Shown one piece after another: positions 19,538 through 28,271 of a stretch of DNA of 64,000 bases. The stretch spans positions 2,560,001-2,624,000 of the forward strand of contig OZ241326.1 in NCBI GenBank assembly GCA_965199855.1, read 5' to 3'. Numbering within the stretch: position 1 is the stretch's first letter; each line of letters begins with the position of its first letter. The notes under the pieces were generated by a model that saw only the letters and a program-made list of their open reading frames with translations, did no database searches and was not told where the DNA came from. The translations under genes were made by a program, and so were the position numbers. This stretch comes from a bacterium (GTDB taxonomy: Bacteria > UBA8248).

Positions 19538-20494
19538 TCACGGGGGCGGCGAAATCCCCCTCAGCAACTCCAGAAGCCTCCCCTCCCGGACGCCGCCGGT
19601 GGACACGTCGAACGCGCCCTTGCCTCCCCATCGCAGCAGGGCGCGCACGACGATCAGGCCGGCGAGCGCCACGTCCTCGCGCCCCGGCTCGAAGCCCGGA
19701 AGCCCGCGCCTTTCCTCGCGGGACATTCCGGCGAACCGACCGATCCACTCATCGAGAAGCGGGGCGGACAGCGAGAGGCCGTTCACGCCGCCCGGCGGCG
19801 CGCCTTCGGTCAGAAACCACGCCAGCGCCACCACGCCCCCGCACCCGATGAAGGGGAGCCCAGCCGGCTCCATATCGCCGAAATCCGCCTCCGCCAGCAT
19901 CGCGTCCACCGCCTCCGCGCAAGCCAGAACCTCCTCCTCCGCCGTGGGCATTCCCTTCAGGAAGCGCTCCGTCAGATACACCACGCCGGCGGGCAGGCTC
20001 GCCATCTTCCGCACCTCGCCGCCCTCGGCGCGTATCAGCTCGAGGCTTCCCCCGCCGACGTCGAACACCAGGGCGCGCCCGGGCGCGGCGTCCCGGCCGG
20101 CGAGGACGCCCGCCAGCGCGAGCCGCGCCTCCTCTTCCGCCGGAATGACGCGAAGCGCCACGCCCAGCCGCGCGGCGCGCTCGATGAACGCCTCCGCGTT
20201 CCGCGCCTCGCGCAGCGCGCTCGTCGCCACGCCGTCCACGACGCCGACGCGATGCGCCCGAATGACCTCCGAGAAGCGCGCGAGGCAGGCGAGCCCCCTT
20301 TCCATGGCGCGCCCGGAGAGCAGGCCCGTTTCGTGGACGCCCTCGCCCAGGCGTATCAGCTCGCGCCAGCGGCCGCGCGATTCCAGCCGCCCCGCCCCAT
20401 CGAGCGCGGCGATCGCCAGGCGCGCCGCGTTCGCGCCCAGGTCCACCACCGCGGCGAGCGGGGCCGACGCGGCGGCGCGGGACTCCTCAGGCAT
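19538..20494 (-). CDS. Ppx/GppA family phosphatase (short form)
   Basis: VDLGANAARL, ATSALREA, EEEARL, DVGGGSLE, GVREG. Confidence 0.88.
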   Translation of the reverse strand: MPEESRAAASAPLAAVVDLGANAARLAIAALDGAGRLESRGRWRELIRLGEGVHETGLLSGRAMERGLACLARFSEVIRAHRVGVVDGVATSALREARNAEAFIERAARLGVALRVIPAEEEARLALAGVLAGRDAAPGRALVFDVGGGSLELIRAEGGEVRKMASLPAGVVYLTERFLKGMPTAEEEVLACAEAVDAMLAEADFGDMEPAGLPFIGCGGVVALAWFLTEGAPPGGVNGLSLSAPLLDEWIGRFAGMSREERRGLPGFEPGREDVALAGLIVVRALLRWGGKGAFDVSTGGVREGRLLELLRGISPPP

Positions 20495-20518
20495 GGAAAA
20501 GCGGGACCTGCGGCGGGT

Positions 20519-21028
20519 TCATGAATTCCTGAAGCGTTCCTTGTTGTTCACGTAGGAGACGGCGGTGTTCCTGAAGCGCTCTCTTTCCTCGTCGTCCAGG
20601 TCGCGGACGTATCTCGCGGGCGCGCCCAGCCAGAGGGTTCCCGGCTCGATCACCCTGTTCTCGGGCACGACCGCGCCCGCGCCGACGACGGCGCCCTCGC
20701 CCACCCTGACGTTGTTCAGCACGATGGCGCCCATGGCGATGAGCGCGCCGTCCTCCACCCGGCAGCCGTGCACGACGGCCATGTGGCCCACCGAAACGTC
20801 ATCGCCCAGCGCGCAGTCGTATTTCCCGCCCTCGATGTGCAGGACGGAGCCGTCCTGTATGTTCGCGCGCCTGCCCACGCGAATGGGCATGTTGTCGCCG
20901 CGCAGGACGCAGTTGTACCAGACGCTGCTGTGCTCGCCGATCTCCACGTCGCCGATGACGACGGCGGTTTCCGCCAGCCAGGCGGTTTCATGGACTCTGG
21001 GCATGGTTCCCTCGAAGGGAATCAGCAT
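20519..21028 (-). CDS. Gamma carbonic anhydrase family protein (YrdA-like)
   Basis: Hexapeptide repeats, VLRGD, NIQDGSVLH, VGHMAVVHGC; start at MLIPFEG. The frame stays open upstream to 21328. Confidence 0.9.
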   Translation of the reverse strand: MLIPFEGTMPRVHETAWLAETAVVIGDVEIGEHSSVWYNCVLRGDNMPIRVGRRANIQDGSVLHIEGGKYDCALGDDVSVGHMAVVHGCRVEDGALIAMGAIVLNNVRVGEGAVVGAGAVVPENRVIEPGTLWLGAPARYVRDLDDEERERFRNTAVSYVNNKERFRNS

Positions 21029-21230
21029 GACGCCTCTCCCTGTTCGCTTTCGGGTCAAAAGCGCGATTCCCGGCCGCGGCGACGGACGGCCCTTCGCCGC
21101 CGCGGGGGAAGCCCGAGAGTCCTTCAAGGGGGGCGGGTTGTCAAACGTCGTTCGTCTCCGGGGCGTCTTCGCCCGAAATCCGGCGCCCGTTCCGGCTTCC
21201 GATCCCGTGCGGGGCCGCGTCCGGCGATTC

Positions 21231-21312
21231 CTGCGAATTTCTGCAAATTCAGACAAATTCACGGCCATTTGGCAACCATTTGCAGGCCGTTTCCCGGCCA
21301 TTTGAAGGCCAT
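21231..21312. repeat. Helically phased short tandem repeats
   Basis: Three 10-bp units (CTGCGAATTT CTGCAAATTC AGACAAATTC, 21231-21260), then 11-bp units starting at 21263, 21274, 21285, 21296 and 21307 (core GGCCATTTG). Confidence 0.65.
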
Positions 21313-21386
21313 CCCCCCCTTTCATCATCCTTTGTCAGCCTCCGATTCGCCTGCCCGCCTCCTTGCGGGGCTTCTTCCGCGTCAGG

Positions 21387-21446
21387 AATATAACCCGATC
21401 CGGCCCGCTCCGGCAGCCGCAAATGCGGGCAGATTCGCGCAAATGC
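21387..21446 (-). promoter_or_regulatory. Inverted copy of island promoter motif with -10-like hexamer
   Basis: CCGCAAATGCGGGCAGATTCG (21417-21437) is a 19/21 match to the reverse complement of the 21-bp motif; TATATT on the minus strand 24 bp downstream (21392-21387). Confidence 0.55.
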
Positions 21447-21768
21447 GCGCGGCCTCACGAAAATCGCTCAGGCGGCGCGATTTTCACGGGAAACATCCGA
21501 CTCCCGGGGCGTGAGGAGGCCGCCGAGATTCCGGCGGAGGGCGGACGAGCCGCGGGAACATCCGGCTTCCGGGGGGAAGAGGCGGCCTCGCCGAGCGGAA
21601 AGAGTTGAAAACGCAAGGGTTTCCCAGCCCGATTCCGTCATGCTCCGCTTCGCGGCCTCTTCCGTTCGCCGGCGACGGGAAGCCGCGCGTCCGGGCCCCA
21701 AAACATGGTTTCAGCCTCCCCGTCCTCGGCCGAATGCGATGTTTTTTCAGAAAATCGGCGTCCACCCG

Positions 21769-21820
21769 CGCATTTGCCCGCATTTGCGGGACGAACAGCC
21801 GCGCCTCGCTTCCATATAGT
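21769..21820 (+). promoter_or_regulatory. Putative activator-dependent promoter of tail-gene block 1
   Basis: CGCATTTGCCCGCATTTGCGG (21769-21789), 25 bp, TATAGT (21815-21820). Confidence 0.65.
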
Positions 21821-21915
21821 CCCCCGACGCCGCCCGCTTTCGCGCTGAAGCGGCGGCCGGGACGCGACGGGACAAATTCGCCCTCCCGAAACGGAGGCTT
21901 CATCCCGGAGGTGAG

Positions 21916-22995
21916 ATGGGACATCGCTTCATGTATCGAAACTTCATCGACGACGCGGCGGCCATCAGCGCCTCTTCCGCAGAAAAGGGCTTCGTCGGCG
22001 CGGGCGCGCCCCGCGTCGCCAACGGGAGCGGGACGATGATTTTCTCGGGCGCCTACGCCGGAGACGACAGCGAAGTCTATACCGTGGAAATCGACGCCCC
22101 GGGCGACGCGGGCGGCGCCCGCTTCAGGTGGCGAAAAACCTCGACCTCCGGGGACGACTGGGAAGCCTCGAGCGTTCTCACCGCGCTGCGGGACGTCGCC
22201 CTGGATTCGGGCGTGAAGGTGCGCTTCGTCAACGGCGCGGATTCGCCGGCGTTTCCTCTGGGAGATCGCTGGCAGGCCGCGGCGAGCCGCCCGCGCTCGC
22301 CGAAAGGAATTTACGACCTCGACCCCGGCGCCGGGGTGAGGAGCGCCTCGCCGCCCGAGGACCCCTGGTCGCTCGCCGTCGATTTCGGCGCGGCGAAATC
22401 TCCCGACGTCCTCATCGTTCATCGCCACAATTTCTCGTCGGTAGCGAGGCTCAAGATTCAGGCGAACGCCTCGGCGAGCTGGCGCGCGCCCGCGCTGGAG
22501 GAAGCGGTCGCCTGGCGAAGCGGCGCGCTCGTCCACTATCTCGCCGCGAAGCCCCGCTCCCATCGCCATTGGCGTCTTCTCGTGGAAGGCGACGCCGCCA
22601 ACCCGGACGCCTATCTGGAGGCCTCGGAAATCTATCTGGGCGGCTTTTTCGAGCCCGCCGAGCACTTCTGGCTCGAAAACGTGGTGGGGGAGGAGGCCTT
22701 CGAGGAGCCGGGCCGCAAGGGGAGCGGGGCGGGACGCCCGACGCTCCTGAACCGCGGCCGCGCGGCCATCCTCCCCTACCGGCGCGTCTCCGGCCGGCAG
22801 CGCGCCGAGTTTCTCGCCATGTACCGGGCGGTGAAGGACATTGAGGCGGGACGCGCCAAGCCGCTGTTCGCCCATCTGGACGTGGACGACCCCGCCTCGC
22901 TCATGCTCGCCGACCTCGTGGGCGGCTTCCTGCCGCGCCAGGAGGGGCCGGATGATTTCTCCTTCGATCTCGAACTCAGGGAAAGGCTGCCATGA
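21916..22995 (+). CDS. Phage tail-associated protein with discoidin (F5/8 type C)-like domain
   Basis: RBS GGAGGT; pattern VDFGAAK..DVLIVHRHNF..LKIQAN..RHWRLLV..YLEASEIYLG recalled from phage tail-region proteins; first gene of a coupled operon. Confidence 0.6.
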   Translation: MGHRFMYRNFIDDAAAISASSAEKGFVGAGAPRVANGSGTMIFSGAYAGDDSEVYTVEIDAPGDAGGARFRWRKTSTSGDDWEASSVLTALRDVALDSGVKVRFVNGADSPAFPLGDRWQAAASRPRSPKGIYDLDPGAGVRSASPPEDPWSLAVDFGAAKSPDVLIVHRHNFSSVARLKIQANASASWRAPALEEAVAWRSGALVHYLAAKPRSHRHWRLLVEGDAANPDAYLEASEIYLGGFFEPAEHFWLENVVGEEAFEEPGRKGSGAGRPTLLNRGRAAILPYRRVSGRQRAEFLAMYRAVKDIEAGRAKPLFAHLDVDDPASLMLADLVGGFLPRQEGPDDFSFDLELRERLP

Positions 22996-23521
22996 GAGAG
23001 GCCACGGAGCGGGCCATCGCGGACATCGCCCGGCACGAGGGGAGAAACGCCTTCGTCCTCTACCATCTGTCCACCGGCGGCGGAAAGCGCGTGTTTTGCG
23101 CGAAGCGCCCCCCCGACTCCCTGATCGGACAGGGCGGAGGAGTCCATTTTCTGGAGGGAGCGCGGGTTCTCGACGGCTCCCTTCCTCTCGGCGAGGGAGC
23201 GGAAGTCCTGCTCGGCGTTCACGACTGGGTGGAGGACGGCGGCCGCTTCTCCCTCGGCGCGCTCCGGGGGACTTCCGCCCTCGAAGCCTTTCGGGAAAAG
23301 GAACTCTCCGGCCTCTCGATATCCATCAGCAACGCGCCCGACGCGGACGGACGCGCCCGCATGAGCCGCATCCTCGCCTCGGAGCCGCTCCTGGGCGGGC
23401 GGCTGGACGTCCGCGTCGGGTTCTCGGGCGGAACCATAGCCGACGTTCGCTCGCGAGCTTCGCCGTCCGCCGAATCATCGAACGCGCCGACCGGGTAATC
23501 ATCGAGTGCGAGGGCAGCTAG
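22992..23521 (+). pseudogene. Phage tail-region protein with apparent frameshift near 23450
   Basis: ATGA-coupled start. The frame ends at 23498 with a low-complexity tail, while the -1 frame reads LASFAVRRIIERADRVIIECEGS and stops at 23521, directly before the next ATG. Confidence 0.55.
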
Positions 23522-24733
23522 ATGGCCGACCTGACGAAGGATCGCCTCTCGGATTCCTTTCAAATGCGGCGCGCCTCGACATACGACGCGCCCGAATTCG
23601 AGGATCAGAGCCTCCCCGTCATCTACGGCGATCTGACCATCCCGCCCTGCGAGCGCGCGGGCGTCTATGCGCTCCCGAAAATCGACGAGAGGGGCGCGGG
23701 AGCCTACTGCGTCGCCGCGCACGAAATAGAAGGGGAAGTCAGCCTCTTCGACGACGACGGTCGCATCGGGACGGGCGATTACGCTCTGGCGCTCTCCCAG
23801 GACTACCAGGGTAAGGGCGTCATCGCGGTCGCCGCCTTCTCCGCGGAACCCAGAGGCCGCGTAACCGCGGTATGCAGAGGCAGGAAGGACGCGGCGGGGA
23901 GGCTGATCGAAAACCCCGCCGACGTCGTTCGGGACCTGATGACGAACGTCTGGGGGTTCGGCGAGCGGGACATCGACATGCCGGCCCTCTCGCGCGCGGC
24001 GGCGCGCGCGGACGCGCTCGGCTACCGGGCGGGCGGGATGCTCCTCGACGACCACGCGCCCGCCGACGTTCTCACTGCGCTTCTGGGCGATTTTCTGGGC
24101 CGCTACGAAATCGACCCCTTCGGCCGCCTGGCGATCCGCATCGCCGGCGCGGAGCCGTCCTCCAGGCTCCCCGCAAAGGTTCTCCCCCGCTTCGGCGAGG
24201 CGCGCGTCGAGGCGGAAGTCTCGCGCGACTCCATCATCAATCAGGCGCCCGCGCTCTACGCGAGAGACTACCTCCACGGGCGCTATCTCAAGCACGACGA
24301 CGGAGAGGCGGCCAAAAGCGTCTCCTCCCAGAGGCTCTACGGCGTCAGGAGGCCTCCGCAAGGCCCGCTCAGGCTCGAATGGGTTCGGCGCGAGAGCGTG
24401 GCCGCCGCAATCCAGGCGCGCATCGTGGAGCGCTGCCGCAGACCCGCCCGGATGATCACCTTCGAGAACGCCACCCTGCGGACGCTCGAAGTCGAACCCG
24501 ACGACTACGTGGCCTTCAGCGTTCCCTGGATGCGATCCGAGAATCTCGAACCCCTCCTCAACCGGATCGGAGAGGTGATCGAGGTGAACTACGACCTGGA
24601 CGAGCAGGCCATGGAGCTCAAAATCCGGGACGCCGAATTCTTCCTGACGACCGCCTCTCCCCTGGGAGGCGTCAAAACCCTGGAAGGCGGCTGGCTGCTG
24701 GGAGCCGAGCGCGACGCCGCCGCCTACGCATAA
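23522..24733 (+). CDS. Phage tail/baseplate hub-like protein
   Basis: LPVIYGD..LPKID..YCVAAH and GRLIENPADVVRDLM resemble siphophage tail-tip proteins (recognised from memory, no search run). Confidence 0.6.
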   Translation: MADLTKDRLSDSFQMRRASTYDAPEFEDQSLPVIYGDLTIPPCERAGVYALPKIDERGAGAYCVAAHEIEGEVSLFDDDGRIGTGDYALALSQDYQGKGVIAVAAFSAEPRGRVTAVCRGRKDAAGRLIENPADVVRDLMTNVWGFGERDIDMPALSRAAARADALGYRAGGMLLDDHAPADVLTALLGDFLGRYEIDPFGRLAIRIAGAEPSSRLPAKVLPRFGEARVEAEVSRDSIINQAPALYARDYLHGRYLKHDDGEAAKSVSSQRLYGVRRPPQGPLRLEWVRRESVAAAIQARIVERCRRPARMITFENATLRTLEVEPDDYVAFSVPWMRSENLEPLLNRIGEVIEVNYDLDEQAMELKIRDAEFFLTTASPLGGVKTLEGGWLLGAERDAAAYA

Positions 24734-24746
24734 AGGAGAGAGGACG

Positions 24747-25688
24747 ATGCCCATCGGCGCTGATCTGTCCGCCCGCTACACCGAGGAAGCCGTCGGCGGC
24801 GACCACCCGACGAAAGCCCGCGTCATCGACCGTCTGGCGCTCGCCGCCCTGTTCCCGGACGGGAAAATCAGGGCCGGCAGGCTGCCCATCGAATGCGCGG
24901 GCAGGCTCGACTACGTGAACGCCACCACCCTGGCGTTCAAGCCGGCGCTCAATTCCGTCCATCATCCCGCCATTCCGAATCCCGTGGCGGGCCGCCACGC
25001 GCCCTTCATCGACGGGAGCTCGGGCGAGGTCTATTACGAGGACCTGCCCTGGGCGGGAATCACGGCGACGAACGCGGGCCTTGCGGCGGGCCGCGTCTAT
25101 GCGGTTTTCGTCCGGGACGACAAGGGCGCGCTCAAGCTCGAATTCGACGGCTCGGGGACGTGGACGCTCGATTCCGCCACGGGACTCGCGCACAAGACGG
25201 GCGACGCGAGCCGCACCCTCGTCGGCATCGCGAGGACGAACGACTCCTCGCAGTTCGTTCTCGCCGACGACGTGTTCGTCAGAAGCTTCTGGAACCGGGC
25301 GGAATACGCCGCCGAATCCAGGGGCGTCCTCGCCGTCACCACCTCGACGACCTGGGCCTCGATCGCCACGCACGCGGTTCTGCTGTGGCCGGGCTATGAC
25401 GTCGTGCACCAGGCGGCGGGCGGACAGGGCTGGGTGAATTCGGCGATCGCGCCGGGGCGGCTGGGGCTGGACATGGGCCTCGACCTCTACAACAAAACGA
25501 CGCAGGCCTACCCGGAAGTCGAAGTCATCGGCTCGGCGAGCGGCGAGAAGGACAATTTCGGGGTGGTGAGAACGCGAACCTACAAGGGAAGGCTCGCCCG
25601 GTCGTACTCCGCGCTCGTCTTTCGCGCCGCGCGCCCGGCCACGCTGAGCGTAGGCGACTATTCCTTTCAAAGCGTCTTGTGGATTTAG
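24747..25688 (+). CDS. Putative tail fibre / receptor-binding protein
   Basis: RBS AAGGAG; N-terminal YTEEAVGGDHPTK anchor-like segment; GLAAGRVYAVFV..KTGDASRTLVG..FVRSFWNR resembles phage fibre domains; beta-rich C-terminus. Confidence 0.55.
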   Translation: MPIGADLSARYTEEAVGGDHPTKARVIDRLALAALFPDGKIRAGRLPIECAGRLDYVNATTLAFKPALNSVHHPAIPNPVAGRHAPFIDGSSGEVYYEDLPWAGITATNAGLAAGRVYAVFVRDDKGALKLEFDGSGTWTLDSATGLAHKTGDASRTLVGIARTNDSSQFVLADDVFVRSFWNRAEYAAESRGVLAVTTSTTWASIATHAVLLWPGYDVVHQAAGGQGWVNSAIAPGRLGLDMGLDLYNKTTQAYPEVEVIGSASGEKDNFGVVRTRTYKGRLARSYSALVFRAARPATLSVGDYSFQSVLWI

Positions 25689-25697
25689 GAGGGCGAC

Positions 25698-26393
25698 ATG
25701 GAAATCGAGGTGACCAAAGGCGTCGGCGCGCATTTTCAGGGAGAACTGGAGGCGGCCGGACTCGCGCATCTCTGCCTGGGCTGCGCGCACAGGCGCAAGG
25801 CGAACAGGATTCCCGACCCCGACTGGCGGCCCGCCCCCGGCGAGGCGGAATCCGCCCGTCCCGAAACCGAGGGGCCCGGGGCGGATTCGTGGATTCTCCA
25901 TCTCGCCGACGAGAGTACAGAAGCGGAGCGCGAAGCCGTTCTCGCCGTTCACGAGGCGCACGAGCCCGACGGCCTCGCGCGAATCCACAGGGATGAGGCG
26001 AAGAAGAAGCTCGGCCTGCTGCTCAACGCCGCGAAGGAGCGCGCCGCGGACGCGACGCCCGGCGCGCTGGGCGGCAAGCTGGCCGAGTATGAGGAAAAAG
26101 CCAGGCTCATCGAAGCCTGGGTGAGGGATGCGGATCCGGCGAAGCTCGAAAAGCCCGCCTTCGCGCTCGTCAAGAACAGAAAAGACGCCCACCCGGCGCG
26201 CTACGCGACGGGTCAGAGCGTGGTGGACGAATGGAAGGCCATGAGAGCGGCGCTGCTCGGCAAATTCGCCTCGCTCGTGAAAATCTACGACGAGGGCGTG
26301 CGCGACGCCCGGGACGCGGGCGCGACCCCCACCCGCGCCGCCCTCGACGCCAGGATCGAGGAGGCCGCCGCCTCTTTCGACGCCGCGCGCTGA
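25698..26393 (+). CDS. Hypothetical protein, possible tail fibre assembly chaperone
   Basis: RBS AGGAGG; helical protein directly after the fibre-like gene; function inferred from position. Confidence 0.5.
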   Translation: MEIEVTKGVGAHFQGELEAAGLAHLCLGCAHRRKANRIPDPDWRPAPGEAESARPETEGPGADSWILHLADESTEAEREAVLAVHEAHEPDGLARIHRDEAKKKLGLLLNAAKERAADATPGALGGKLAEYEEKARLIEAWVRDADPAKLEKPAFALVKNRKDAHPARYATGQSVVDEWKAMRAALLGKFASLVKIYDEGVRDARDAGATPTRAALDARIEEAAASFDAAR

Positions 26394-26761
26394 TGTCCTC
26401 GGAATCGAACGGAAAAGGGCTTCAGATTTTTCTGGCCATCCTGAGCATCGCGGGCCTCGGGGTCGCCGCCTACACCCCGCTCTACAATCAAATCGTGAAC
26501 GTGGAGGCGCGCCTGGCGGCCCACATGCGCGAGCGCGGCCACCCCTGGCTGCTGGAGAAAAACGCGGGCGCGCGGGTGCGCTTCCAGGAGGTGGAAACCC
26601 GGCTGCGGGAAGCGAAGACGATAGCCGACCTCAGATTCCACGAACTCAAGGAAGCGTCGATGAAGAAAACGCGCGCGGACGCGCGGGCGTTCGAGCGGAT
26701 GCTCCGCCGTCTGCGCGAGGTCGAACTCGCGCTCGCCAGACTGAGCGAGCGCCTCGAATAA
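26393..26761 (+). CDS. Single-TM plus coiled-coil protein (holin/haemolysin-like position)
   Basis: TGATG coupling at 26391-26395; MSSESNGKGLQIFLAILSIAGLGVAAY TM followed by a coiled-coil-like region. Confidence 0.55.
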   Translation: MSSESNGKGLQIFLAILSIAGLGVAAYTPLYNQIVNVEARLAAHMRERGHPWLLEKNAGARVRFQEVETRLREAKTIADLRFHELKEASMKKTRADARAFERMLRRLREVELALARLSERLE

Positions 26762-26772
26762 GGAGAGCGTCC

Positions 26773-26895
26773 ATGATTCCCCACCTTCTCGCCGCGCTGT
26801 TCGCGGTCGCCGTCCCCGTTTGCGTCATCGCGGCGGTCGATCCGCGCCTCATCACGAATCATCTGTGGCATTTCATCAACCCCTGGGCGGACTAG
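26773..26895 (+). CDS. 40-aa hydrophobic small protein
   Basis: AAGGAG RBS overlapping the previous stop; MIPHLLAALFAVAVPVCVIAAVDPRLITNHLWHFINPWAD; missed by the ORF track. Confidence 0.5.
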   Translation: MIPHLLAALFAVAVPVCVIAAVDPRLITNHLWHFINPWAD

Positions 26896-27050
26896 GTGGT
26901 ACCAACTCCAGGGGTGCGCAGGCTGGCGAGGACGCCCGCGCCGAAGCCGGGCCGGCGCTTCATGCCGGGGGATGCCTCTCCTTGCTTCACGCGGGAATAT
27001 GATGCAAGTTTCCCGCGAGCGAATCATTCCCCGCCTGCCCGGAGACGAGA

Positions 27051-27605
27051 ATGCCTTTCGCGTCTCGAGGCCGCGCCTACAGAGTCGTCTTCAGCCTCGC
27101 CCTGCCGTGCTTCCTGATTGCAGCCTGCGCGCCTCTGGAGTTGGGACCACGGGGAACAGACACGCGGACGTACGGAAGGTGCGGCGTCATCACCTTGATA
27201 GATCACCTGAAGGGCGAAACGAACCATACGCTCACCTGCCTCGGCTTCGCCGATGGCTCTCCGGGATCAGAACGCCCGGCAGCGGGACTGAATTGCCTCC
27301 CCGATAATTCGCTCGTTCTCGTTCTATATCCAGGCAAGGCGCAGTCGCATTCCGGGCAGCTCATCAACGTTCGCTATCGCTTCAATCAACGCGCGACTGT
27401 GGAAAAAGCCTGGTTTTGGGGGCAAGAAAAACAAATGGCGGGTACCCTATCCGACGTTCTCATAAAAGATTTTCTACGCGGCATGGCGGGGGGGGAACGC
27501 CTCACCTTTGAAGTCGGAGACAGATGGGCGATCATTTCCTTCACCGGAGACACCACAGGCGCCATCAACGATTTCCGGAGCCGCTGCGCCGCGCTGAAAA
27601 AATAA
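27051..27605 (+). CDS. Putative lipoprotein, paralogue 1
   Basis: Basic N-region, hydrophobic core, lipobox-like IAAC; 184 aa. Confidence 0.75.
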   Translation: MPFASRGRAYRVVFSLALPCFLIAACAPLELGPRGTDTRTYGRCGVITLIDHLKGETNHTLTCLGFADGSPGSERPAAGLNCLPDNSLVLVLYPGKAQSHSGQLINVRYRFNQRATVEKAWFWGQEKQMAGTLSDVLIKDFLRGMAGGERLTFEVGDRWAIISFTGDTTGAINDFRSRCAALKK

Positions 27606-27659
27606 ACGCGCCCAACCGACCGGGGCGAGAGCGGACGAACGCCGCTCAAGGAGACGAGA

Positions 27660-28214
27660 ATGAATCCGGCGTCCCGGAGCCGCATCCACAGAGTCGTCTT
27701 CAGCCTCGCCCTGCCGTGCTTCCTGATTGTAGCCTGCGCGCCTCTGGAGTTGGGACCACGGGGAACAGACACGCGGACGTACGGAAGGTGCGGCGTCATC
27801 ACGTTGGAAGGCGGATCGCCCGATAAGACGAGACATTCCCTCACATGCCTCGGCGTCGCCGATGAATCTCCGGGAGACGACAGACCGGCCGTAATAATCG
27901 GCTGCTATACCGAGACCCCAGCCATCGGCATGTTGCGCTCAGGCAAGGCGAAGTTTCATTCCGGGTCGCTCATCGAGGTACGCTATCGCTTCAATCAACG
28001 TCCACTCATAGAACAAATTTGGGTTTGGGTACAGAAAGAGCAAATGGCGGGGACTCCCTCTCGGACCGTCATAGATGACTTGTTGCGCGGCATAGCGGCG
28101 CGGGAGCGCCTTATTTTTGAAATTGGGGAAGATTGGGCTATAATTTCCTTTACTGGAGACACCACAGGCGCCATCAACGACTTCCGGAGCCGTTGCGCCG
28201 CTCTGAAAAAATAA
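27660..28214 (+). CDS. Putative lipoprotein, paralogue 2 (divergent core)
   Basis: Lipobox-like IVAC; same length as copy 1 with conserved termini and a divergent middle. Confidence 0.75.
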   Translation: MNPASRSRIHRVVFSLALPCFLIVACAPLELGPRGTDTRTYGRCGVITLEGGSPDKTRHSLTCLGVADESPGDDRPAVIIGCYTETPAIGMLRSGKAKFHSGSLIEVRYRFNQRPLIEQIWVWVQKEQMAGTPSRTVIDDLLRGIAARERLIFEIGEDWAIISFTGDTTGAINDFRSRCAALKK

Positions 28215-28271
28215 AGCCGCGCCCAACCGACCGGGGCGAGAGCGGACGAACGCCGCTCAAGGGAGACGAGA

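Noticed and set aside
21231-21790. CRISPR array
   Set aside because: Repeats are 10-11 bp, abutting and without unique spacers; no cas genes.
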